Source: Eledone cirrhosa
Taxonomy: Eukaryota
Direction of reading: 5' to 3'
Assembly (NCBI GenBank): GCA_964016885.1
Contig: OZ024747.1
Span: forward strand, 1,860,001-1,924,000
Length of the DNA stretch: 64,000 nt
The position numbers were made by a program, and so were the translations under genes. The notes beneath the pieces are model-generated. The model did no database searches. It saw only the letters and a program-made list of their open reading frames with translations, and was not told where the DNA came from. Position 1 is the first letter of the stretch, and the number at the start of each line of letters is the position of its first letter. Positions 1-11,552 of this stretch are shown here, in pieces.

Positions 1-3000
1 TTACCAGTATCTGTAGAGGGTCAGATGCCATGCTAGGGCAGTGAATTACCAGTATCTGTAGAGGGTCAGACGCCATGCTAGGGCAGTGAATTACCAGTAT
101 CTGTAGAGGGTCAGATGCCATGCTAGGGCAGTGAATTACCAGTATCTGTAGAGGGTCAGACGCCATGCTAGGGCAGTGAATTACCAGTATCTGTAGAGGG
201 TCAGATGCCATGCTAGGGCAGTGAATTACCAGTATCAGTAGAGGGTCAGACGCCATGCTAGGGCAGTGAATTACCTGTATCTGTAGAGGGTCAGACGCCA
301 TGCTAGGGCAGTGAATTACCAGTATCTGTAGAGGGTCAGACGCCATGCTAGGGCAGTGAATTACCAGTATCAGTAGAGGGTCAGACGCCATGCTAGGGCA
401 GTGAATTACCTGTATCTGTAGAGGGTCAGACGCCATGCTAGGGCAGTGAATTACCAGTATCTGTAGAGGGTCAGACGCCATGCTAGGGCAGTGAATTACC
501 TGTATCTGTAGAGGGTCAGACGCCATGCTAGGGCAGTGAATTACCAGTATCTGTAGAGGGTCAGACGCCATGCTAGGGCAGTGAATTACCAGTATCTGTA
601 GAGGGTCAGACGCCATGCTAGGGCAGTGAATTACCAGTATCTGTAGAGGGTCAGACGCCATGCTAGGGCAGTGAATTACCTGTATCTGTAGAGGGTCAGA
701 TGCCATGCTAGGGCAGTGAATTACCAGTATCTGTAGAGGGTCAGACGCCATGCTAGGGCAGTGAATTACCAGTATCTGTAGAGGGTCAGATGCCATGCTA
801 GGGCAGTGAATTACCAGTATCTGTAGAGGGTCAGACGCCATGCTAGGGCAGTGAATTACCAGTATCTGTAGAGGGTCAGATGCCATGCTAGGGCAGTGAA
901 TTACCAGTATCTGTAGAGGGTCAGATGCCATGCTAGGGCAGTGAATTACCAGTATCTGTAGAGGGTCAGATGCCATGCTAGGGCAGTGAATTACCAGTAT
1001 CTGTAGAGGGTCAGATGCCATGCTAGGGCAGTGAATTACCAGTATCTGTAGAGGGTCAGATGCCATGCTAAGGCAGTGAATTACCAGTATCTGTAGAGGG
1101 TCAGACGCCATGCTAGGGCAGTGAATTACCAGTATCTGTAGAGGGTCAGATGCCATGCTAGGGCAGTGAATTACCAGTATCTGTAGAGGGTCAGATGCCA
1201 TGCTAGGGCAGTGAATTACCAGTATCTGTAGAGGGTCAGACGCCATGCTAGGGCAGTGAATTACCAGTATCTGTAGAGGGTCAGACGCCATGCTAGGGCA
1301 GTGAATTACCAGTATCTGTAGAGGGTCAGACGCCATGCTAGGGCAGTGAATTACCAGTATCTGTAGAGGGTCAGACGCCATGCTAGGGCAGTGAATTACC
1401 AGTATCTGTAGAGGGTCAGATGCCATGCTAGGGCAGTGAATTACCAGTATCTGTAGAGGGTCAGACGCCATGCTAGGGCAGTGAATTACCAGTATCTGTA
1501 GAGGGTCAGACGCCATGCTAGGGCAGTGAATTACCAGTATCTGTAGAGGGTCAGATGCCATGCTAGGGCAGTGAATTACCAGTATCTGTAGAGGGTCAGA
1601 CGCCATGCTAGGGCAGTGAATTACCAGTATCTGTAGAGGGTCAGATGCCATGCTAGGGCAGTGAATTACCAGTATCTGTAGAGGGTCAGATGCCATGCTA
1701 GGGCAGTGAATTACCAGTATCTGTAGAGGGTCAGACGCCATGCTAGGGCAGTGAATTACCAGTATCTGTAGAGGGTCAGATGCCATGCTAGGGCAGTGAA
1801 TTACCAGTATCTGTAGAGGGTCAGACGCCATGCTAGGGCAGTGAATTACCAGTATCTGTAGAGGGTCAGATGCCATGCTAGGGCAGTGAATTACCAGTAT
1901 CTGTAGAGGGTCAGATGCCATGCTAGGGCAGTGAATTACCAGTATCTGTAGAGGGTCAGATGCCATGCTAGGGCAGTGAATTACCAGTATCTGTAGAGGG
2001 TCAGACGCCATGCTAGGGCAGTGAATTACCAGTATCTGTAGAGGGTCAGATGCCATGCTAGGGCAGTGAATTACCAGTATCTGTAGAGGGTCAGATGCCA
2101 TGCTAGGGCAGTGAATTACCAGTATCTGTAGAGGGTCAGATGCCATGCTAGGGCAGTGAATTACCAGTATCTGTAGAGGGTCAGACGCCATGCTAGGGCA
2201 GTGAATTACCAGTATCTGTAGAGGGTCAGACGCCATGCTAGGGCAGTGAATTACCAGTATCTGTAGAGGGTCAGATGCCATGCTAGGGCAGTGAATTACC
2301 AGTATCTGTAGAGGGTCAGATGCCATGCTAGGGCAGTGAATTACCAGTATCTGTAGAGGGTCAGATGCCATGCTAGGGCAGTGTATTACCTGTATCTGTA
2401 GAGGGTCAGACGCCATGCTAGGGCAGTGAATTACCAGTATCTGTAGAGGGTCAGATGCCATGCTAGGGCAGTGAATTACCAGTATCTGTAGAGGGTCAGA
2501 TGCCATGCTAGGGCAGTGAATTACCAGTATCTGTAGAGGGTCAGACGCCATGCTAGGGCAGTGAATTACCAGTATCTGTAGAGGGTCAGACGCCATGCTA
2601 GGGCAGTGAATTACCAGTATCTGTAGAGGGTCAGATGCCATGCTAGGGCAGTGAATTACCAGTATCTGTAGAGGGTCAGATGCCATGCTAGGGCAGTGAA
2701 TTACCAGTATCTGTAGAGGGTCAGATGCCATGTTAGGGCAGTGAATTACCTGTATCTGTAGAGGGTCAGATGCCATGCTAGGGCAGTGAATTACCAGTAT
2801 CTGTAGAGGGTCAGATGCCATGTTAGGGCAGTGAATTACCAGTATCTGTAGAGGGTCAGACGCCATGCTAGGGCAGTGAATTACCAGTATCAGTAGAGGG
2901 TCAGATGCCATGCTAGGGCAGTGAATTACCAGTATCTGTAGAGGGTCAGACGCCATGTTAGGGCAGTGAATTACCAGTATCAGTAGAGGGTCAGATGCCA

Positions 3001-3859
3001 TGCTAGGGCAGTGAATTACCAGTATCAGTAGAGGGTCAGATGCCATGCTAGGGCAGTGAATTACCAGTATCAGTAGAGGGTCAGATGCCATGTTAGGGCA
3101 GTGAATTACCAGTATCAGTAGAGGGTCAGATGCCATGCTAGGGCAGTGAATTACCAGTATCTGTAGAGGGTCAGATGCCATGCTAGGGCAGTGAATTACC
3201 AGTATCTGTAGAGGGTCAGATGCCATGCTAGGGCAGTGAATTACCAGTATCTGTAGAGGGTCAGATGCCATGCTAGGGCAGTGAATTACCAGTATCTGTA
3301 GAGGGTCAGATGCCATGCTAGGGCAGTGAATTACCAGTATCTGTAGAGGGTCAGACGCCATGCTAGGGCAGTGAATTACCAGTATCTGTAGAGGGTCAGA
3401 TGCCATGCTAGGGCAGTGAATTACCAGTATCTGTAGAGGGTCAGATGCCATGCTAGGGCAGTGAATTACCAGTATCTGTAGAGGGTCAGATGCCATGCTA
3501 GGGCAGTGAATTACCAGTATCTGTAGAGGGTCAGATGCCATGCTAGGGCAGTGAATTACCAGTATCTGTAGAGGGTCAGACGCCATGCTAGGGCAGTGAA
3601 TTACCAGTATCTGTAGAGGGTCAGATGCCATGCTAAGGCAGTGAATTACCAGTATCTGTAGAGGGTCAGACGCCATGTTAGGGCAGTGAATTACCAGTAT
3701 CTGTAGAGGGTCAGACGCCATGTTAGGGCAGTGAATTACCAGTATCTGTAGAGGGTCAGACGCCATGTTAGGGCAGTGAATTACCAGTATCTGTAGAGGG
3801 TCAGACGCCATGTTAGGGCAGTGAATTACCAGTATCTGTAGAGGGTCAGATGCCATGCT
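1..3859 (+). repeat. 45-bp tandem satellite (~85 copies visible, runs off the left edge) derived from a SINE 5' head
   Basis: Unit GGGCAGTGAATTACCAGTATCTGTAGAGGGTCAGA(C/T)GCCATGCTA repeats with exact 45-bp period; the last unit continues directly into a SINE body at 3860. Confidence 0.97.
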
Positions 3860-4013
3860 TTCCAGCATAGTTACGTCCCTTTATGGTCTGAGTTCAAATC
3901 CCGCCGAGGTTAACTTTCCCTTTCATCCTTATGGGGTCGATAAAATAAAGTACCAGTAATGCACTGGGTAATTGCTGGCCTTGTGCCTAAAGTAGAAACG
4001 ATTATTATTATTA
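3816..4013 (+). mobile_element. tRNA-derived SINE (family A) whose head is the last satellite unit
   Basis: B box GAGTTCAAATCC at ~3890, central CTTTCATCCTTATGGGGTCGATAAAATAAAGTACCAG block (resembles the Nin/Deu-type SINE domain), (ATT)n tail; matches copies at 5541, 6558 and 61392. Confidence 0.88.
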
Positions 4014-4019
4014 CTACTA

Positions 4020-4340
4020 GGGTGGTAGATTGACTGAATCATTAGAATGAAAGTGGCATTTAGTTCTGAGTTCAAATCCTGCTGAGTTAAGCTTTGTCTT
4101 TCATCCTTACAGGGTCAATAAAGTACCAGTAATGGACTGGGGTCGATTTAATCGACTTTCCCCTCCCTTCAAATTGGTCTTGTGCCTAAATCAGGAACCA
4201 TTATTACTCCGAAGTTAGTTTTGCCTTTCATCCTTACATGGTTCATAAAATAAAGTACCAGTAATGCACTGAGAGTGCTTTAACCAACTTTCCTCTCCCC
4301 CAAAATTGTTGGCCTTGTGCTTTAATCAGAAATTATTATC
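4020..4340 (+). mobile_element. Two further degenerate family-A SINE copies in tandem (4020-4206; 5'-truncated 4207-4340)
   Basis: GAGTTCAAATCC B box at ~4068; two TTTCATCCTTAC...AAAGTACCAGTAATG blocks; TTGTGC-containing 3' ends followed by ATT tails. Confidence 0.8.
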
Positions 4341-5540
4341 ATCATCATTATCATATTGTTGTTAATGCTGTTGTCATTGTTGTTAATATTGTTATTATTA
4401 TTAACTGAAATCTTGTTCATATACAATTACCACATGTAATTATTCCATCCATTATTATCACAAATTATAATTAACAACTTCTCTTTTAGAAATTAAAAAA
4501 AATTTGAGGTTATCAACACCAACCAGTTGGCAAAGGCATTTGATATTTTTTATTTGCAAATGTTATTTTAAAACACTGGCACACACAAAAAAAGAAAACT
4601 AGAAATGAGCTAAAACAAGAAAATAAACTATTTTTTACCATACGATTTTTAACTGCAGTTGAAGGAATGCCTTGAAGGAATAAATATATACATTACTGTG
4701 AGGAATGTGGCACAAGTTTAATTCTTACATTCATTCATTGGCATGTACCACAGTTGTGAAAAATAATGCAATATATATCGCAATCATATAAATTTCATAT
4801 TAATTCCCAGTCAAAAACACCTACAATTATTATTATGTTTAACTTTATTAGACACCTTTCAACAGATTGAAGCAGATTTCCAAACATATTAGACATTCGT
4901 ATCACTAAATCTGTCTTAAAAATGTATCATTACTTTCATAGGGAACATATCTTCAAGCACCTCATCTGTTATCCATTTTAAGAAGATAAACCCTGCTGTT
5001 TCACACCCAAGCAATGTCTCCTCATTCATCTTCACTCATTCTTATTCTCATTTTGTTTTTCACAGTCTATTTCTCTTTCAGTTATCACTATCAATTAAAG
5101 ACAATTTTCTTGCAAAATGTTTTTTCTTTATCTTCTTTGAATGACAAAACCATTTTAACACCATAGGGAGATAAGAAAAAAAAAAGCTGCTAGGAGAAAT
5201 AATCTTTATTTTATTTGTTTTTCATTGTAGCTGGTGTAAGTAATTTTCTGAGGTTGATGGTTGCCACAAAGTTATTTGCTAGTCACTAAAAATGAAGCAT
5301 TTAGTGGTGGTATATCTTTTTTATCCAAAAGTTTGCAAGAACTTCCAGGAGTTTAAGTTTCCAAATGTTTAGACTAGCCAAGGCCTGTTTGAAACAGTAA
5401 CCAAATCACCCTCAAATCCTTCCAAACCATCTTAGAAGAAAAGAAACATAGGCTAATGTAGTTCTAGATATCTTATGTCTGAAAAGATGTTAGCCATGGT
5501 TGAAGCATGGATGAACCTTAATCAAGGACTAAACAATAAT

Positions 5541-5722
5541 TGTTTCTACTTTGGGCACAAGGCCAGCAATTATCCAGTGCATTACTGGTACTTTATTTTA
5601 TCGACCCCGTAAAGATGAAAGGTAAAATTAACCTCGGTGGGATTTGAACTCAGAATGGAAAGGGCCGTAACTTTATGTGTCAAAGCATGGCGTCTGACCC
5701 TCTACCAATACTGCCAATCCAC
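5541..5722 (-). mobile_element. Full-length family-A SINE with 18-bp target-site duplication
   Basis: Reverse complement has A box TGGCAGTATTGG and B box GAGTTCAAATCC; direct repeat CAAGGACTAAACAATAAT at 5523-5540 and 5723-5740. Confidence 0.92.
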
Positions 5723-5799
5723 CAAGGACTAAACAATAATATCATCAACTATCAGGTTATTTTGTAAACTACATATAAAAGAAAAGTATATGAGCTAAA

Positions 5800-6002
5800 T
5801 AGGGAGCCTTTATATGGTTGCTTGGCATGCTAGAAAGGGCAGCCAAATTTCTCTCAATTTTCACAGACTATCTTAAAAAATTGAGGACACATTAAATACT
5901 GTCGACCTAGATATATTGTTGACCTAGATACACTGCCAGAGATGGAACACCTTGGATCATCAATCTCCTACATTAAGACTGACTGGGAACTTAACAGTAA
6001 CT
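5800..6002 (+). repeat. Old dispersed repeat family (TAGAAAxxGCAGCCAAAT... with AAC-type tail); related pieces at ~5380-5540, 10715-10800, 22680-22745, 59030-59110(-), 59215-59420
   Basis: Shared degenerate motifs GCTAGAAA..CAGCCAAAT, CTTAAAAAA, CTAGATA and GGCTAAACAACAAC across these loci; family not identified. Confidence 0.5.
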
Positions 6003-6557
6003 AAATAAGATAATATACTCTGAGATAACTTATGTTTAAATAGATGGGTTGGCCATACTTAGAACGTCATTAATCATAGGCTGGGTCCCAAGTGTATTGA
6101 CTCCTTTAAGGTGGGCCCTGGAAACTGATCTTAAGCAAACAACAACAACTCAAAACATAGGTCTACTTGTGAAGGCTAGTGGCTTTATGATTAGACAGAT
6201 TCACGATCAGGAGGTTGTGAGTTTAATTCTTGGGCCAAGTGATTTCACATTGCCTCTACTACCAGAAGTTGTGACCAGTAGATAATATCAACAATTGGAA
6301 AGACCAATGGAAACATTGTTTCCTTGGTCCAATTTGATTAGTTCCATCCTACTGGGTAAGTGACTGATTTTATCAATTTGGATCAATGAATCAAACAACA
6401 GGACTAATTAAGTTAGGGATAAACTTGACCAGCATTAAGTTATGGATAAACAACAACAATAAATACATTTACTAAAGAAACATACAAAAACAAATGAGGG
6501 AATGGAAAATTATTTATTTTGATACTGTTCAATAACGTTGCTAAATATATATTCATT

Positions 6558-6732
6558 TTGGCAGTATCGGTAGATGCCATGCTTTGCAGCATAGAGTTAC
6601 CTCCCTTTATGATTTGAGTTCAAATCCCGCCGAGGTTAACTTTGTCTTTCATCCTTACGGGGTCGATAAAATAAAGTACCAGTAATACACTGGGGTAATT
6701 GCTGGCCTTGTGCCAAAAGTAGAAACAATTAT
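6558..6732 (+). mobile_element. Family-A SINE
   Basis: TGGCAGTATCGGTAGA A box, GAGTTCAAATCC B box, same body and tail as the 61392 copy. Confidence 0.88.
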
Positions 6733-6799
6733 TTTCTTCAAGATTAGATCCACAGTCAATATATAATTAATATGCCATACACTTATGGAACAAACGTTA

Positions 6800-7440
6800 A
6801 TTAATATTGCCTCAACAGGTACCTATTTTAATTATTGGACTGTTTAGAAACATTTAATTATTGATGTTTTCAAGTTTATTTTATTTTCGATGGACTTACA
6901 TACTGTCAAATTTCGGGGACACAGCCATGGGTGTACAAAAGTAACACCAACATATGCAAATCTACTTATGGGTTACCACATAAAGGAAATTCATGAAGAG
7001 TCATTATAAAAAAATTATAAACTAGATGAATCTAAAAATATAAACACCATAAATACCAATATTCAATTCACTTTAGAATTTAACAAGGAAGTACTCAACC
7101 TTTTTTGATATTTTGATAAAGATAGTAGATAGACTGAAACGGATATCTATTATAAACCCAGATGCTTAAAATAATAATTACAATTCACATCCTGTCATAC
7201 TAAATATACACAAATAAATATTCCTCTCAAATATGTATAATTATTTCCATCGCAATAATACGTGACCAAAGACTAATTGAATAACAAAATATCTTAATCC
7301 TCCAAAACTTTTCCTGGTTTAGTGAAAAGGGTTAGGGTTATAGACAGAGTAAAACATGTTCTAAATATTCAAGATTTATGAAAGGAAGAAAATAAACTAA
7401 AAGAAAAACACATTTATATCAACATACAATCCAAGGAACA
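6800..7440 (+). pseudogene. Decayed Penelope-like element reverse transcriptase fragment
   Basis: Manual translation across frameshifts gives FDGLTYCQISG/TAMG/TKVTPTYANLLMGY, NTINTNIQFTLE, ETDIYYKP and FTSCHTKYTQINIP, matching the PLE RT motifs QxxGTAMGxxxAPxYANLFM, IxFTxE, TDIYxKPT and FxSxHP...NIP in order. Confidence 0.8.
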
Positions 7441-7452
7441 TTGAAATTTATA

Positions 7453-7486
<34 letters not shown>

Positions 7487-7762
7487 CATCATCATCATCA
7501 CCGTTTTACGTCCGTTCTTCCATGCTAGCATGGGTTAGACGGGTTGTCCTGTTGTGGGCAATGTCTGGTCGGCTGACCATGCCTTGCTCATACAGGAACT
7601 GATTTTGGGTTGATTTCTACAGCTGGATGCCCTTCCTAACACCAACCTCATTTACAGTGAGTGCTGGGTGCTTTTTCTGTGGCGCCTACACGTCCACTTT
7701 ACAGTGGGAGGGTGTGGGGGCATATTGTCTATATGCTTCAGCTTGTACCCATGGGAGGTCGG
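7487..7762 (-). mobile_element. Short element sharing the RTE 3' tail ((GAT)n tail); related pieces at 9207-9312, 15000-15182(+), 24028-24190, 33566-33720, 38425-38580, 54070-54240
   Basis: TCATCATC...TTTTACGTCC...CATGCTAGCATGGGTT...CAGCTGGATGCCCTTCCTAACACCAAC matches the 3' UTR of the RTE at 40539; flanked by (TA)n. Confidence 0.7.
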
Positions 7763-7818
7763 ATATATATATATATATATTTGTTTTTGAATTTGCGAGA
7801 TTTATTAATAAAAATATA

Positions 7819-7861
7819 GTCACTGAGGAGGTCACAGAATGTGTGAAGAAAGAGCTTTGAC
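7819..7861 (+). ncRNA. Minimal type I hammerhead ribozyme motif (stem II base damaged)
   Basis: GTCA-CTGAGGA-GG TCACA GAATG TGTGA A-GAAA-GAGC-TT-TGAC: stem I GTCA/TGAC, core CUGANGA and GAAA, minimal stem III. Confidence 0.6.
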
Positions 7862-7988
7862 AATATATAAACAACCTCCCGGTTATCGAACCAACCAACA
7901 GGAAACTTATAATAAATTGAAGTGAAAAAACCAACAGGTGTGTGTGTTTTATTGGCAGCATGACCCTCCCAAAGTATATATATATATA

Positions 7989-8034
<46 letters not shown>

Positions 8035-8661
8035 GAAATTTATAATTATATATTATGAGAAGACAGCTCAAATGTTTCTTAAAAAATCTAATGAAATTAT
8101 TTTTTACATCTTGTGAAAAATATGTAACAAGTAAAATTGACTCCTGTTATAAAAAATGTCAGGATTTGTATCTGAAATGCAAGAAAACTTCACTGTAAGA
8201 TGTAAAAGTAGAACAGTGAAATTGACATCTAAAGTTTGACACAAATTGCTAAATTTTAAAGTAATTCTGAAAACATTTTGCTGAAATTATCTTAAATGAA
8301 TTATTAAGTGAATCTCTACTTGAAGACATCAGAAGAAAGCTATTTTCTAAAAGTCGCATTGGTTAAGTCGACCTTTCAACTTCACTAAACTTTGTTTTCG
8401 GTATCTTTTATAGACTAATAAGATAATTATCATCATAACAAACTGAACTTTAACTTTAAATACATTCCTTATTACTGAAAACTAAATTTTTGAATCTATT
8501 TAAAGGAATTCTATGTAAAAGTAGAACAAAATACATTGGTTTAAACATAAATATCTTTGGTAAATATTGTGGTCATATGAATGAGATAAGAGTTGACATG
8601 GTGTGAGTGGACCATTGATGGGGGACTTTCTTAGTGCTTTCAACATAGCCAGTTCTGAGAG

Positions 8662-8838
8662 AGGATATCTTATACAACTATAGGATATCTTATACAACTA
8701 TAGGATATCTTATACGACTATAGGATATCTTATACAACTATAGGATATCTTATACGACTATAGGATATCTTATACGACTATAGGATATCTTATATGACTA
8801 TAGGATATCTTATATGATTATAGGATATCTTATATGAC
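8662..8838. repeat. 20-bp minisatellite (TAGGATATCTTATACRACTA) ~9 copies
   Basis: Direct inspection, exact 20-bp period. Confidence 0.95.
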
Positions 8839-9313
8839 TCTAGTGTTTAGATGAGTTTTTCAGATAAGATATTTCCTACAGGATGGAGAAAAAGTGGTTA
8901 GAGAAATTCTAACCTTGTGTTAGAAAGGTTTAGAGTTCAAACCAAATCTAAAGGAATCTTAAAAATAGTAAAAAGTTAGTCCAATTGTAACATAATTTAA
9001 AACTCAGAGGAAACTGTAGCTCTTAATTGATAAAGTCATTAGTGAATAGAATATCTTATTAAGTTTGAGTGGCGTTTCGGGAATTTTTACATTCGCGTGA
9101 ATGTGTATATACATTTTTTATTAGTGTATTTCTGTGTTTAAATGTGTATATGTAAATACATTAATAAAGCTAAAAAATAAGGAGAAAATAAACAGTCATA
9201 TCCTATATCATCATCACCATCACCATTTTACGTCCATTCTTCCATGCTAGCATGGGTTAGACAGATTGTCCTGTTGTGGGAAAAGCCAGGTCAGGTGATC
9301 ATGTCTTGCTCAT

Positions 9314-9352
<39 letters not shown>

Positions 9353-9353
<1 letters not shown>

Positions 9354-9544
9354 GAGGGTTGGCTAAAAAGTTCATAGGCTGACAATGAAGGAGAGATGCT
9401 AGAGCTGTGAAATATTACTTGCATTAATTTCAACTCTTCTTATTAGTAACAAGATTGTTTCCTTCCAGGGACTATATTGAAAAATAAACCTCATTTGGTC
9501 ATTCCATGCGAGTATCTTGGTCAGCCTTTGAACTTTTCAGCTAA
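9353..9544. mobile_element. Mariner-type MITE remnant (~190 bp) in (TA)n
   Basis: Imperfect terminal inverted repeats GGCTAAAAAGTTCATAGGCTGAC (9361-9383) and GTCAGCCTTTGAACTTTTCAGCT (9520-9542); TA flanks. Confidence 0.65.
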
Positions 9545-9680
9545 TATATATTATATACACACATATATAAAGTTATAGTTGTATACATAGAGAATGTGTG
9601 ACTGTGTGGGTCTGCACCAAATAAATATACACATATTTAATATGTAGGCACATGAGTGGGGCTGTTTATGTGGGTGAAGT

Positions 9681-10614
9681 GTAGAGGAAAGTCTCCTCTG
9701 CTATATGTTTGATGACAAACCTATCAGACAGTGACCATAGTAGAAGTTGTAGACTTTGTAGAGGCAAGTCTCCTCTGCTATATGTTTGATGACAAACCTA
9801 TCAGACAGTGACCATAGTAGAAGTTGTAGACTTTGTAGAGGCAAGTCTCCTCTGCTATATGTTTGATGACAAACCTATCAGACAGTGACCATAGTAGAAG
9901 TTGTAGACTTTGTAGAGGCAAGTCTCCTCTGCTATATGTTTGATGACAAACCTATCAGACAGTGACCGTAGTAGAAGTTGTAGACTTTGTAGAGGAAAGT
10001 CTCCTCTGCTATATGTTTGATGACAAACCTATCAGACAGTGACCATAGTAGAAGTTGTAGACTTTGTAGAGGAAAGTCTCCTCTGCTATATGTTTGATGA
10101 CAAACCTATCAGACAGTGACCATAGTAGAAGTTGTAGACTTTGTAGAGGAAAGTCTCCTCTGCTATATGTTTGATGACAAACCTATCAGACAATGACCAT
10201 AGTAGAAGTTGTAGACTTTGTAGAGGAAAGTCTCCTCTGCTATATGTTTGATGACAAACCTATCAGACAGTGACCATAGTAGAAGTTGTAGACTTTGTAG
10301 AGGAAAGTCTCCTCTGCTATATGTTTGATGACAAACCTATCAGACAGTGACCATAGTAGAAGTTGTAGACTTTGTAGAGGAAAGTCTCCTCTGCTATATG
10401 TTTGATGACAAACCTATCAGACAGTGACCGTAGTAGAAGTTGTAGACTTTGTAGAGGAAAGTCTCCTCTGCTATATGTTTGATGACAAACCTATCAGACA
10501 GTGACCATAGTAGAAGTTGTAGACTTTGTAGAGGAAAGTCTCCTCTGCTATATGTTTGATGACAAACCTATCAGACTGTGACCGTAGTAGAAGTTGTAGA
10601 CTTTGTAGAGGCAA
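9681..10614. repeat. 77-bp minisatellite, ~12 near-identical copies
   Basis: Unit GTAGAGGAAAGTCTCCTCTGCTATATGTTTGATGACAAACCTATCAGACAGTGACCATAGTAGAAGTTGTAGACTTT. Confidence 0.96.
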
Positions 10615-11412
10615 TCATTATTCTATCTTTGCAGGAATGTAATGAAAACTTTGTGAGGTAGAAATATCAAATATTTTAATAACCGAAGGGAAGACTTTAG
10701 CAGTGAGTTAACCTGTTAGAAATAGCAGTCAAATTCTCCTTACACCACATCCTACTGTTTTTAAAAAAGATGATTTCTACATAGATCTACATTCAGTAAT
10801 ATCGTATAGGTACACAAAAAGGATATAAGAGCATTAGTAGTTGGAATTAGGAAGGATTTGAATTCATAAAAGTCAAGTGAATAATGAAATTACAAAGTTT
10901 AAATATCTAATTAAATGTATTGAGCTATAACACAGTCATGAAATCCTTCATGTGAGTTTATGGAAATGGACAAAATTCCTACTTAATTATGGCAAAATAT
11001 ATGAACGGCTTGTTAGCTTTCCATGTATTCCAATCTATTAGTGGTATGTTGAAAAGGTTTGATGAACGATATATCCCTAGCACTGACACCTTCCCACTGC
11101 TTCTTCCAGTATTAGATCATTTGTAAGGCTTCTTTGATACACCACTAACAATCTAGAAGAAATTTCTGAATTAAAAAAAAATGTTCTGTTATTTATTTAC
11201 TTTTTAAATACCTGCATAATTCTTATAACTGAATAGAGCAATGGCTTCTATGATTCTGACTTCAATAGGATATGTAGGTGCTTATAAGTACTACACAGAG
11301 ATTAGGAGAAAAAATGTCTGAATATATTTAACAAAAACAAGACATAGAAATAGAATTCCAACTTTTAGATATACATGAAAGAAGTACACACACACACATT
11401 TTTGTGTGTATG

Positions 11413-11451
<39 letters not shown>

Positions 11452-11520
11452 GTATGTATGTATATATATATTTATAGGTATGTATATATGTGTATATATA
11501 TATATATATGTGTATATGTA

Positions 11521-11552
<32 letters not shown>

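Noticed and set aside
1-3859. 45-bp array as CRISPR, coding repeat or ribozyme array
   Set aside because: No spacers, no long ORF and no hammerhead core on either strand; explained as a SINE head.
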